DNA of 32,000 nt from Acaryochloris thomasi RCC1774 (GTDB lineage Bacteria; Cyanobacteriota; Cyanobacteriia; Thermosynechococcales; Thermosynechococcaceae), in assembly GCF_003231495.1 (NCBI RefSeq), contig NZ_PQWO01000012.1, positions 60,001 to 92,000 on the forward strand. The letters run 5' to 3'. The translations under genes were made by a program, and so were the position numbers. Below the pieces are notes generated by a model. That model had not been told where the DNA came from, did not search any database, and worked only from the letters and a program-made list of their open reading frames with translations. Shown one piece after another: positions 14,700-23,572 of the stretch (the stretch's first letter is position 1; each line of letters begins with the position of its first letter).

Positions 14700-15776
14700 T
14701 TAGCTCTTTTTGACGATGTAGAAATTATTCTGAAAGTCGTGGTCGAGCTGCTTGATTTCCACTTGCTTGAATCCGGCCTCTTCTAGCATCTCTAGCGCTT
14801 TTTCTTCTCCCCACATGGCTCCAAGCCCCAAGCCCCCAGCGGCGAGAGAAACGGTCATGCAGTGCAGACAAGAGATGGTGTAAAGCAATGGCCCAACTGG
14901 ATGCTCTAGGTTCCCGCTCACGTCACTAGCGGCGCGAATATCCTGCATGAAGTAGGTACCGTTGGGTCGTAAGGCCCGGTAGATGTTATTGAGGACCACA
15001 TCAGGTTTGGCCTGATCGTGGATTGCATCAAAGGTGGTGATCAAGTCGTACTGCTCGACAGCATCCAGGGTCGCGGCATCCTTGATCTGGAACCGGACGT
15101 TGGTCAACCCTTGGGACTGCGCTTCAATGTTGGCAGTTGCGATCGCTTCTTCCGAAAAATCATACCCAGTAAAGCGACTGTGAGGGAACAGCATCGCCAT
15201 CTGATTGAGAGCACGACCGCTACCGCAGCCAACATCCATAACCTCAATGCCGCGCTCTAAAGCATCAACCAAACCGGGCATGAGGGGCAAAACATGCTCC
15301 ATTAATGCTGCAACGACCGTTTGGCCACTATCTTCGGCCATCACTTGGTGAAAGCGCTTATATTCTGAATAGGGAACGCCACCGCCGCTGTAGAAGCAGT
15401 CGATTACTTGGTCTTCAACGCTGCCCAGTAGTGGAATGTACTGACTAAATGCTGCCAAATTATTGGGGGAGGCAGTGCGGGTCAAGAAGGCCGCATGTTC
15501 TGACGGCAGATGATAGGTTTGCTCGATGGCGTTATAGTCCACAAATCTTGCGGTTACCATTGCCCCCAGCCACTCGCGGACGTAACGTTCTTGCAGTCCA
15601 GCAGCATCAGCAACGGCCTGACTTGTCGCAGGAGGGAGCTGAGCTAGGGTATCAAATAGACCGGTACGGTGACCGATGGAGGTCATAAGTGCGACTGCAC
15701 CACCGTTGAGCGTATCTAGAAGCCGATCGGCAAAAGCTTCGGCTTTCATCTCCTTGAACACTTGTGCTGTCATCAT
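14700..15776 (-). CDS. class I SAM-dependent methyltransferase with N-terminal winged-helix-like domain (Rv2258c-like)
   Basis: 358 aa with motif I VMDVGCGSGRAL, an acidic loop YDFSEEA, and post-I/II motifs DLITTFDAIHD and LRPNGTYFM. The N-terminal ~150 aa form a helical dimerisation/wHTH-like region. Confidence 0.85.
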   Translation of the reverse strand: MMTAQVFKEMKAEAFADRLLDTLNGGAVALMTSIGHRTGLFDTLAQLPPATSQAVADAAGLQERYVREWLGAMVTARFVDYNAIEQTYHLPSEHAAFLTRTASPNNLAAFSQYIPLLGSVEDQVIDCFYSGGGVPYSEYKRFHQVMAEDSGQTVVAALMEHVLPLMPGLVDALERGIEVMDVGCGSGRALNQMAMLFPHSRFTGYDFSEEAIATANIEAQSQGLTNVRFQIKDAATLDAVEQYDLITTFDAIHDQAKPDVVLNNIYRALRPNGTYFMQDIRAASDVSGNLEHPVGPLLYTISCLHCMTVSLAAGGLGLGAMWGEEKALEMLEEAGFKQVEIKQLDHDFQNNFYIVKKS

Positions 15777-15860
15777 CGGTTTCTCCTAGTAGCGAAAAAG
15801 CCGGAGGCTCAAATGGGCCTGCCGAGAGGAAACTTAGGTTTTATGTAACTCGATGATTGA

Positions 15861-15903
15861 AATTTAGCGGGGCAAGCGTTCCCAAAGCGTTCCCAAAACG
15901 TCC
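15861..15903 (-). promoter_or_regulatory. candidate promoter plus activator operator: three 11-bp-phased direct repeats abutting a -10 box (site B)
   Basis: On the plus strand CGTTC occurs at 15877 and 15888, and CGTCC at 15899, in exact 11-nt phase (GCGTTCCCAAA GCGTTCCCAAA aCGTCCTGAG). In gene sense the array ends ...GGGAACGC, followed by 9 nt (TTGCCCCGC) and TAAATT (plus 15861-15866). The methyltransferase start codon is at 15776. Confidence 0.6.
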
Positions 15904-15936
15904 TGAGTTTTTATGACTCTTCTTTCCATAGAACAA

Positions 15937-15975
15937 GCCGCCTACCTTTAGGGAATTCCCCCATCAGTAAGCGGC
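15937..15975 (-). terminator. putative infC terminator hairpin
   Basis: Minus-strand GCCGCTTAC (15975-15967) pairs with GTAGGCGGC (15945-15937), giving 9 bp with one G-U pair. The 21-nt loop contains the perfect palindrome GGGAATTCCC. The hairpin is followed by a moderately U-rich CUUGUUCUAU and lies 38 nt after the infC stop. Confidence 0.35.
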
Positions 15976-16012
15976 ATGAAACAGAAAAATATCTGTCGTG
16001 TTAAATAAAACG

Positions 16013-16501
16013 CTAGGCCGTCACGACCTGAAGCACAAGCGCCCTCTTGTCAAAGACCTGCACCTCACCTGCGCTGTTCAAATCAGCAATGACGCGCTTG
16101 AGTAAATCGATGGCACGATCGCGGTGCTGGTGCTCTCGCCCTCTGAGGCGGACCTGAAACCGCACCATATCACCTTTCTTAAGCCACTGCAGCGCCCGCT
16201 TAATGCGTACGCCGTAATCTGCATCTCCAACATTGGGTCGCAGCTTGACCTCTTTTAAAGAGGGCTTCGAAGAATTTTGCTTTTGATTTTTCTTGCGGTC
16301 GTAGCGAAACCGGCCAAAATCTAAAATCTTTGCCACAGGTGCGCTTTTACGCTCAGACACAACCACTAGGTCTAGCTCTGCTTGTTTTGCAAGCGCCAAA
16401 GCCTCCTGAGTGTCGGTCACGCCGTGGTTGGTGCCATCTTTATCAATGAGCAAAACCTGGGGAGAATCAATGCGATGGTTAACTTTTGACTTACTTAGGA
16501 T
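16013..16501 (-). CDS. infC: translation initiation factor IF-3, with non-canonical AUC start
   Basis: The sequence ...VNHRIDSPQVLLIDKDGTNHGVTDTQEALALAKQAELDLVVVS...EVKLRPNVGDADYGVRIKRALQWLKKGDMVRFQVRLRGRE is an unmistakable IF-3. The track ORF starts at an internal TTG (16453) and lacks the conserved N-terminus. The frame is open up to a stop at 16523-16525 with no ATG, GTG or TTG. ATC at 16499-16501 sits 7 nt after GAGGTG. Confidence 0.85.
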   Translation of the reverse strand: MLSKSKVNHRIDSPQVLLIDKDGTNHGVTDTQEALALAKQAELDLVVVSERKSAPVAKILDFGRFRYDRKKNQKQNSSKPSLKEVKLRPNVGDADYGVRIKRALQWLKKGDMVRFQVRLRGREHQHRDRAIDLLKRVIADLNSAGEVQVFDKRALVLQVVTA

Positions 16502-16697
16502 AAAAACACCTCGTAGAAAACATTAGTCTCCTATAGGCTAACTCAGCAGGCATAGGCTTTACATCCCCCTCGCGGTAGAGATTAACTTCAGCATTGACAC
16601 TGCCAAACTTCTTTATTTAGGTAGGAACAAACCTGTTTTCAGTTGCCTCTAGATTGCTATTCTCAAAGATAGTTCAGAAATTTTTGGTCAATTCCCA

Positions 16698-17348
16698 ATG
16701 ACAGCCTCGGACCCTACACGTTTGGCCTCAGCCATCCCCTTAGACAAAATTCGCTATGATGACCGCGGCCTCGTCCCTGCGATTGTGCAGGACTACCTTG
16801 ATGGCACCGTCTTGATGATGGCTTGGATGAATCGAGAGTCTCTGCAGAAAATGCTGGAAACCCAGCGCACTTGGTTCTGGAGTCGTTCGCGTCAAGAACT
16901 CTGGCCCAAGGGCGCAACTTCCGGGCATGTGCAAAACGTGCAGTCGATTCGCTATGACTGCGATAGCGACACGCTCTTGGTGACCGTTGAGCAAGTTGGA
17001 GATATTGCTTGCCATAAAGGAGAGCGGAGCTGCTTCCATCAAATCGATGGACAGGTCATCCCGCCGCCTGCCGATACTTTGTCCCAGGTGTATGGCGTGA
17101 TTTGCGATCGCAAATCCAACCCCTCTCCCGACTCCTACACCAACAAGCTCTTAGCAGGGGGCGACAACAAGATCCTCAAAAAGATTGGGGAAGAAGCCGC
17201 CGAGGTGGTGATGGCCTGTAAAGACGACGACCCTGATCAAATTGCTGGAGAAGTCGCAGACCTGCTGTATCACAGCCTCGTGGCAATGGCCCACCACAAC
17301 GTTGATATCAAAGACGTTTACCGTAAGCTACAGGCTCGTCGCCGCTAA
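16698..17348 (+). CDS. hisIE: bifunctional phosphoribosyl-AMP cyclohydrolase / phosphoribosyl-ATP diphosphatase
   Basis: The HisI part is [26 protein letters not shown]...[19 protein letters not shown]...DCDSDTLL..V...G.ACH.GERSCF. The HisE part is [28 protein letters not shown]...[11 protein letters not shown]. Confidence 0.95.
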   Translation: MTASDPTRLASAIPLDKIRYDDRGLVPAIVQDYLDGTVLMMAWMNRESLQKMLETQRTWFWSRSRQELWPKGATSGHVQNVQSIRYDCDSDTLLVTVEQVGDIACHKGERSCFHQIDGQVIPPPADTLSQVYGVICDRKSNPSPDSYTNKLLAGGDNKILKKIGEEAAEVVMACKDDDPDQIAGEVADLLYHSLVAMAHHNVDIKDVYRKLQARRR

Positions 17349-18530
17349 ATGACGCCTGAAAACCGCAACCTGTGGATTATTGCCTCCATCGCCTTCGTCA
17401 ACGCCCTCAGCTTTACCATCCTGATCCCGATTTTGTACCTTTACGGTCGGCAGTTTGGCCTCAATGATTTTGAGACCAGCCTCTTATTCTCAATGTTCTC
17501 GCTGGCGCAATTCTTCGCCACTCCCGTCATCGGCAAGCTCTCCGACCGCTTTGGCCGTAAGCCTCTGCTCGTGATTAGCTTAGCTGGCACCGTGATTGCC
17601 AACCTCTGGGCGGGCGCTGCCACCGCCGCCTGGATGCTTTTTTGTGCTCGGATCCTAGACGGCATCACTGGGGGCAACGCCTCCGTAGCGCAAGCCGTCA
17701 TTTCTGACCTGACCGATGAGAGTAATCGCGCCCGTGGGTTTGGTCTGTTTGGAGCGGCCTTTGGTTTAGGATTTGTGCTGGGCCCAGTGATCAGTTTATT
17801 AGCACAGCAAGTTTCGCTAGGTGCCGCCTTCTACGCCTCAGGTGCGATTGCATTCCTCGCCCTGATTCTGACGGTCCTCTTTTTACCCGAAACCCTGGAA
17901 CGACGCGTCCGCACTAATATTTTCGATTTGGGTCTTGGCACCTTGGTGACGGGACTTTTCATGCCAAGAGTTGGAATTTTGCTGATCATCAACTTGCTGC
18001 TTGGCACCACCTTCACGATGTTTACCTTCGCTTTCCAGCCCTACTATCTTGAGGTCTTGGGGCAAAACAGCCAGTCACTCACCGTACTATTCATTGTTTA
18101 TGGTACTCTCGGCGTGGTCATGCAGACCGTCGGCGTTCCCTATCTGACCCAACGATTCAAATTGACGCGCATTTTGTTCCTCGCACTGCTGGTCCGCAGT
18201 CTTTCGTTTGTATTGATGCCGATCTGGCCGATATTGGCCTACTTCGTCATCGTGACCGTCATTTTCTCAATTTTGAGCTCTTTGGTGCAGCCCATTATTA
18301 GCACCATGATTTCTCTTAATGCTAAGCCAGAGCAGCAGGGCGTTGTCCTCGGGCTAAACGCCTCCTATCTAAGCGTCTCTAATGCCATTGGCCCCGTACT
18401 CGCGGGTTTAATGGTTCGTCAAACCAATCCCACAACCTATGGCTACCCACTCTATTGGGCTGGAGTCTGTACGTTTTTGGTTTTGAGCGTTGCGATCGCA
18501 ACGCGTCGGCGCTATGCCCCTGCAACTTGA
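17349..18530 (+). CDS. MFS transporter (drug:H+ antiporter / TetA-like)
   Basis: 393 aa with about 12 predicted TM helices and MFS motif A GKLSDRFGRKPLL. The ATG directly follows the hisIE TAA (TAAATG). Confidence 0.85.
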   Translation: MTPENRNLWIIASIAFVNALSFTILIPILYLYGRQFGLNDFETSLLFSMFSLAQFFATPVIGKLSDRFGRKPLLVISLAGTVIANLWAGAATAAWMLFCARILDGITGGNASVAQAVISDLTDESNRARGFGLFGAAFGLGFVLGPVISLLAQQVSLGAAFYASGAIAFLALILTVLFLPETLERRVRTNIFDLGLGTLVTGLFMPRVGILLIINLLLGTTFTMFTFAFQPYYLEVLGQNSQSLTVLFIVYGTLGVVMQTVGVPYLTQRFKLTRILFLALLVRSLSFVLMPIWPILAYFVIVTVIFSILSSLVQPIISTMISLNAKPEQQGVVLGLNASYLSVSNAIGPVLAGLMVRQTNPTTYGYPLYWAGVCTFLVLSVAIATRRRYAPAT

Positions 18531-18578
18531 TCACGACCCGACAGTGCCGAACAGAAATAGCATAAAAATACGACTGAT

Positions 18579-19010
18579 CTATGACTGAGCAGCGGAGAAC
18601 TGAGCAAAAAGCTCTTCTCCAGTCATGTTATGGGTTTCATTCGCAAAGTGATAGAACCCAGGCTTCTCATCAATGAAAACTTGGTGGTCAAAAACCAGCG
18701 CCTCGCCATCTGCGAACAGCCCCACAGGCATGAAGTGCTGCTGCCCTTCCTTTAGTCGATAGAACAGATGCGTACCGCAGGTTCGGCAAAAGCCACGCTC
18801 CGCCCAATCAGAAGAGCTAAAAACAGCAATATTTTCCTCTCCCTCAAAGGTCACATCAGCACCACAATCAGCCGCAAAGAACGGTCCCCCTGTCCAAGTC
18901 CGGCACGTCTTGCAGTGACAAGCCCCTACCTTCGGATTCAGCGCCTTTGCTGTGACCCGCACAGCACTGCAAAGGCAGGTGCCCTGCACTTCCGTTACAT
19001 CAGCCATCAA
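18579..19010 (-). CDS. GFA family protein (CENP-V/glutathione-dependent formaldehyde-activating domain)
   Basis: 143 aa with zinc-binding Cys clusters CLCSAV, CHCKTCR and FCRTCGTHLF, typical of the GFA domain. Confidence 0.8.
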   Translation of the reverse strand: MMADVTEVQGTCLCSAVRVTAKALNPKVGACHCKTCRTWTGGPFFAADCGADVTFEGEENIAVFSSSDWAERGFCRTCGTHLFYRLKEGQQHFMPVGLFADGEALVFDHQVFIDEKPGFYHFANETHNMTGEELFAQFSAAQS

Positions 19011-19176
19011 TGAATCCTCGCCAGATTACTGCAATTGCACCTAGATACAACGCCATTATAAATTCCAGCACAGATCAATTAGATCTAGATCAGCGTCTTC
19101 AAGCAGAAAAAATCAGAGCCGCTTTGATTTCAACGCATCTGCTACTTGATTTTCATCGAGAGCAAAGAGAATGAAC

Positions 19177-19701
19177 CTAAGCCGCCACTGAATCATCGGC
19201 CACCATCATTGCCAGCGCCTCTTGAGTCCAGGCCAGATTTGCGTTCTGGGCAATGGGGTGCGGGAAGAATTTCAACGCGTGGGGTGAGCGCTGCATTAGC
19301 TCAGTGGAGCGACTTTCTGCCTCAATCCAGCTCGCAAGCCAAGGCGCAAAGTCCATCATCTGCTCGGACAGGAGCGACAGCTCCCAACTCCAATCACGAT
19401 TGAATTGCGGATCCTTGACATTCTTAGAAGCCTGGTTTGCAGTGTTCGGCCACTGATTGACAGCAATGCGTAGAATTAGCGGTCGCTGTGGGATTAAGCT
19501 ATCCGGCGCTGCATGGGCATAAATCGCCAAACAATTAACGCGATTGTGTCGATCAACCCAAGAGGTGACAGGGGCCATTGAGGGATTGAAAATAAGTGAC
19601 TTACCCTTAGACAGTTTGACCGGCACCTTCATCTCAGTCTGAAATAAATCGTAAAAGCTCTCTCTCAGAGAACTCAGGATATTAGCAGCTTCTGGCGTCA
19701 T
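19177..19701 (-). CDS. hypothetical protein (no family recognised)
   Basis: 174-aa ORF with an ATG start and no overlapping competitor of similar length in a plausible frame. I recognised no motif. Confidence 0.5.
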   Translation of the reverse strand: MTPEAANILSSLRESFYDLFQTEMKVPVKLSKGKSLIFNPSMAPVTSWVDRHNRVNCLAIYAHAAPDSLIPQRPLILRIAVNQWPNTANQASKNVKDPQFNRDWSWELSLLSEQMMDFAPWLASWIEAESRSTELMQRSPHALKFFPHPIAQNANLAWTQEALAMMVADDSVAA

Positions 19702-20101
19702 GGTTTCTCTCTCCTCAAGTGTGGTAGCAGATAAAAATACAGATTTATCGATATTGTCTCTAATTTATCTATCTGGATGCCACCCTCCTCTATATGCAAA
19801 GTCGTATGAATACCGCTAGAGTTCCCAAAGTTTACACAGAGTTAATCCTGGTAACCGTAAAATTTTCTACATATTTGAGATAGAAGAAATCGGTCCCGTG
19901 AATTCAAGCCGTATTTTAGTGCTCAGGGCTACATTCCTCGCCCTAATGCTATTTTCCTACTGCCAATGGATTAAGAATAGGATTGCAAGCTTATTACAAA
20001 AATCAATATAATTCGATCTCTCAATTTATCTAGCGACGGTACAGCACCGGACATTAAACTAGATCAGTTGAGATTTATTTGTCCTTCGATTTTTCAGAGC
20101 T

Positions 20102-20485
20102 ATGAACGCCATTCTTGAGTCGCAAACAGCGACCAACGACAAGTTGTCCCAGCGTTTTATTGAGCTAGACCCTAGTGGATATTTCCTGATTTTCCTTGAT
20201 CAACAATCCGGGCTCATTTGTGCTGAACACTACTCTAACAACATCAATAAGCAAGGATTAGCGACCGATCCTGAAACAGGAGAACCCCTTCCCTGTCACG
20301 GGTCTCTCAAGCGTCAACCCACAGCTTGCTTCAAAGCACATACGGCCAAGGAACTTTGTATCAAGATCTTTGAGGTGCCTCAAACTCAGTGGATCACCAA
20401 GTTAGATCATGCTGCCTATTTGGGCAGAGAATTTGTGCGGGCCGAAATAGCCTTGGCTAGCGGCACCCAATACATTCAGGACTGA
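20102..20485 (+). CDS. DUF4346 domain-containing protein
   Basis: 127 aa: LDPSGYFLIFLD...I.AEHY.N.IN..G...DPETGEP.PC......P...F...TAKELCIKIF......ITKLDHAAYLGREFVRAEIALASGTQYIQD. This matches my recollection of the cyanobacterial DUF4346 family. Confidence 0.55.
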   Translation: MNAILESQTATNDKLSQRFIELDPSGYFLIFLDQQSGLICAEHYSNNINKQGLATDPETGEPLPCHGSLKRQPTACFKAHTAKELCIKIFEVPQTQWITKLDHAAYLGREFVRAEIALASGTQYIQD

Positions 20486-20558
20486 CGCGTGCCAGCGTCA
20501 TCGGCCACACAGCTTACAGTAATCTTGCTCTAAAGAAATTGGTTCAATACTCTGCATC

Positions 20559-21017
20559 GTGACTAATCTACGCCTGTTTCCAGCATTGCTGCTTATCAGT
20601 TCTCTCCTCGGATGCACAGCTACAGAGGTTTCTGACTCTGGGCCTGCTTCTCCAGAGGAGGCAGGGAGCCTGACGGGACCGGCCAGAGAGCAAGAAGGCA
20701 AGGTTTCGGTTAGCACCCTTAGCAAGGCACAGCAGGCTTTCTTTTTAGAAAATAGCCGGTATGCTGAATCCCTCGATGAGTTAGACATTGCCCTAGCTCC
20801 TAAACACTATGAGCTAGAAATTGTTGAGGTTAGCAATCAGCAGGTGATTACGAAGGCAGTGCCCATAGAAGAGGGGCTAAAAAGCTATATAACAGGCGTC
20901 TCCGGCATCTCACAGCTCGTTGTTTGCGCCAGTGATGCGCCAGGGAAAGAAATCTCTAGCCCCGTTTTCCAGAATGAAGCCTGGGCCTGTGGACCCAATT
21001 CAACATTAGTGGAGTAA
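20559..21017 (+). CDS. type IV pilin-like G/H family (Pilin_GH) protein with lipoprotein signal
   Basis: GTG start. The signal peptide has a lipobox (LLLISSLLGC). It is followed by QEGKVSVSTLSKAQQAFFLENSRYAESLDELDIAL...YELEIVEV....ITKAVP...LKSYITGV, typical of the cyanobacterial Pilin_GH family. Confidence 0.65.
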   Translation: MTNLRLFPALLLISSLLGCTATEVSDSGPASPEEAGSLTGPAREQEGKVSVSTLSKAQQAFFLENSRYAESLDELDIALAPKHYELEIVEVSNQQVITKAVPIEEGLKSYITGVSGISQLVVCASDAPGKEISSPVFQNEAWACGPNSTLVE

Positions 21018-21051
21018 ATCAGCACCTCTGTGATGGCCTGCGTTCAGGATC

Positions 21052-21735
21052 CTATGGGTAACGCCGCTTACGCATCAGTAAGGGGAAGGCCGACATTAGG
21101 GCAAGCAGGCTGCAGGCAATGATGAAGGAGCTGAGATTTTCCCCCTGCATTGCTTGATGTCCAGTCACACCGACCCAGGTATAGGCCATGACGCCCGGAA
21201 TAATCCCAATGAGGGTTCCTAAGCTATAGGGCATCCAGTGGACTTCTGTCAGTCCAAATAGAAAGTTGACAAGATTAAAAGGTGAGATGGGCGCAAACCG
21301 AACGGTGAGTACAAAGGCAAACGGATGCTTTTGAATAGCGTCATTAAATACGGTGAGCAGCTTTTGATCGCGGATGCGTCGTTGTGCCCAGCCGTGCAGC
21401 AGAGAACGCGCCATCCAGAAAGCAGCTATTGCACCTAATGTCGCGCCAATGAGCGACCACAGGCTTCCCCAGACGAGACCAAAGGCAACTCCGCCCACTA
21501 GGGTGAGCACAACGCCGGGAATACCAATCATTGTGGCTCCAATATGGAGCAGGATGAAAATGACGACAGCCCAAAAGCCACTTTGACGAAGCTCTTCAAG
21601 CAAGCGCATCTGATTGAACAGCAGCGGAATGAACTCTAAGAGCTTGGGCAGCGCAAGCACACACAACAGTGATGCTAACGCCAGTAGTGCAGGCCGTGGC
21701 ACATGTCGTTTCACCCTGGACAGTGATTGCTGCAT
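21052..21735 (-). CDS. TVP38/TMEM64 (DedA-superfamily, SNARE-associated) membrane protein
   Basis: 227 aa, multi-TM, with the re-entrant loop motif TVRFAPISPFNLVNFLFGLTEV and GIIPGVMAYTWVG. Confidence 0.8.
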   Translation of the reverse strand: MQQSLSRVKRHVPRPALLALASLLCVLALPKLLEFIPLLFNQMRLLEELRQSGFWAVVIFILLHIGATMIGIPGVVLTLVGGVAFGLVWGSLWSLIGATLGAIAAFWMARSLLHGWAQRRIRDQKLLTVFNDAIQKHPFAFVLTVRFAPISPFNLVNFLFGLTEVHWMPYSLGTLIGIIPGVMAYTWVGVTGHQAMQGENLSSFIIACSLLALMSAFPLLMRKRRYP

Positions 21736-21747
21736 CAGGATTTGTGC

Positions 21748-22497
21748 TCAGGACGAGACAGATTCTGTTTCTTTTGTTTCTGGTACCGCTTCAGCAAGGG
21801 CTTTACGGGCAATGCGAGTGACCACGACCGTGACGGCAACTGTTGCGATCAGACCAATGATCCGAATGGCCCAAGTGACAGTTGGATTCGAGGGTGCTTC
21901 TCCAGCCCCTAAGGTCGCTAGATTACCGGCTAAAGAACCGAGGTAAACATACATCACGGTGCCTGGAATCATACCGACAGAGCCAAAGAAGTAGTCCTTC
22001 AGCGAGACGTTGGTAACGCCAAGGCCGTAGTTAAGGATATTAAAGGGAAAAATTGGAGATAAACGGAGCAGAGTGACAATTTTAAAGCCCTCCTTGCCAA
22101 CCGCTTTGTCGATGGCAGCAAAATTTTGATTGCCTTCAATTTTTTTAGCGACCCAGCCCCTAGCCAGGTAGCGCCCCACCAAAAATGCGAGGGTTGCTCC
22201 AACAGTTGCTCCAACGAAAACGACGAGAGAACCTTGAACGACGCCAAAGAGAACACCTGCCCCTAAGGTTAGAACTGAACCGGGAAGGAAGGCGACCGTG
22301 GCAACGATGTATATGCCGATAAATGCGATCGCACCTGCCGGACCCAGCCCCTTTACCCACTCCAAAGCATCCACTAGTAGCTGCTGCGGGTTAAATCCCG
22401 CATTAACGGCGGCCAAAGCCGGGGGTTGAAAAGTGATGAGCAGGCAAACCGCCATAGCAACAACCGTGTAGTACCAACGCTTAGATCGAAGAAACAT
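21748..22497 (-). CDS. TVP38/TMEM64 (DedA-superfamily) membrane protein
   Basis: 249 aa with LLRLSPIFPFNILNYGLGVTNVSLKDYFFGSVGMIPGTVMYVYLG. It is a paralog of the downstream gene, with a 12-nt gap. Confidence 0.85.
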   Translation of the reverse strand: MFLRSKRWYYTVVAMAVCLLITFQPPALAAVNAGFNPQQLLVDALEWVKGLGPAGAIAFIGIYIVATVAFLPGSVLTLGAGVLFGVVQGSLVVFVGATVGATLAFLVGRYLARGWVAKKIEGNQNFAAIDKAVGKEGFKIVTLLRLSPIFPFNILNYGLGVTNVSLKDYFFGSVGMIPGTVMYVYLGSLAGNLATLGAGEAPSNPTVTWAIRIIGLIATVAVTVVVTRIARKALAEAVPETKETESVSS

Positions 22498-22539
22498 AGT
22501 GTGACCTATTTAGAGAACTTGAGCCGAGGGTCAGGAATC

Positions 22540-23535
22540 TTAAACAAGGGAACCACCACAACTAGAACCGCAGCCAGCCGTACAGCCATAGCAAAACGCA
22601 TCCGTCTGCACCTCTCCAATCACATCCAGGGAGCCTGCTGTCAGCAGCTTGCCTACGGTTAGAGGCTCTCCCTCAGGCGTTTGGGCGGGAATATCTTCCA
22701 TTTGATTGAAGTCGCAGTCATAAATTTTGCCGTTGTAGTCCACCGAGAGCTGATTACGGCACATCAGATTTTCAATCGTGGCCGCATTAAACTGCGCTTC
22801 GAGAAACTGCAGGTAGGGCTGATGTAAATTACGATGCTGAAGGTGGAACTTGGTGCGGCCAATGGGTAGATTTGTGATCGCAAATAGACGATTAAAGACA
22901 ATCCCAAAATGCTGACGAAGATAAGCCTTATAGTCCGGCTCTAAAGCTTCTTGATCAGGCGTCGCCGAGAACTCTGCCTGAGTAGGGATAGGGGGGTTAT
23001 AGACTAAATCTAAAACCAGATCAGGATCTTGCCCGTAGCCCAGTTTATTGAGCCACTGTAGAGCCTTAATCGATTCGTCGTAGACACCCTGGCCCCGCAT
23101 CTTATCGACATTATCTTCTAGATAGCAGGGCAGCGAAGCTACCACCCGTAGCTGGTGTTCCGCAAAATATTCCGGTAGATCTTCAAAGCCAGCTTGGAAG
23201 AAAATGGTCAAATTTGACCGCACAATCACCTCTTTCCCCTGAGCGCGTGCGACCTCAACTAGTGGCTTAAAGCCATAGTTCATCTCAGGCGCGCCCCCCG
23301 TCAGATCCACCGTTTGAATCTGAGGAAAACGCTCAATGACCTCAATCAACTGCTCACAGATCTCGGGCGTCAGCTCCTCAGTCCGCTTGGGACTGGCCTC
23401 AACATGACAGTGAGAGCAGGCCAGATTGCAGCGACGGCCCAGATTAATCTGCAGCACCGTGATGGGCTGCTTTGTAAGGGGTCGGTCTAGCTTCTCGGCA
23501 AAAGGCGTCAGGCGAGTATTTGCAGATGTGATCAT
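22540..23535 (-). CDS. arsS: arsenosugar-biosynthesis radical SAM / Cys-rich domain protein
   Basis: The radical-SAM cluster motif is CNLACSHCHVEA (CxxxCxxC). The C-terminal Cys-rich tail CYGCTAGCGSSCGGSLV is typical of the rSAM/Cys-rich (ArsS) family. I prefer the ATG at 23535 (MITSANTRLTPFAEKL...). The track start at 23595 would overlap arsM by 23 nt. Confidence 0.8.
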   Translation of the reverse strand: MITSANTRLTPFAEKLDRPLTKQPITVLQINLGRRCNLACSHCHVEASPKRTEELTPEICEQLIEVIERFPQIQTVDLTGGAPEMNYGFKPLVEVARAQGKEVIVRSNLTIFFQAGFEDLPEYFAEHQLRVVASLPCYLEDNVDKMRGQGVYDESIKALQWLNKLGYGQDPDLVLDLVYNPPIPTQAEFSATPDQEALEPDYKAYLRQHFGIVFNRLFAITNLPIGRTKFHLQHRNLHQPYLQFLEAQFNAATIENLMCRNQLSVDYNGKIYDCDFNQMEDIPAQTPEGEPLTVGKLLTAGSLDVIGEVQTDAFCYGCTAGCGSSCGGSLV

Positions 23536-23572
23536 GACATTCTCTAAAGAGCGTTGAGCATTATTCAGGAGA

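Noticed and set aside
16594-16623. Perfect TTGACA at 16594-16599 upstream of hisIE as a -35 box
   Set aside because: No convincing TAnnnT hexamer follows at 16-18 nt spacing (the candidates are TTAGGT and TATTTA at odd spacings). I could not support a promoter call from sequence alone.
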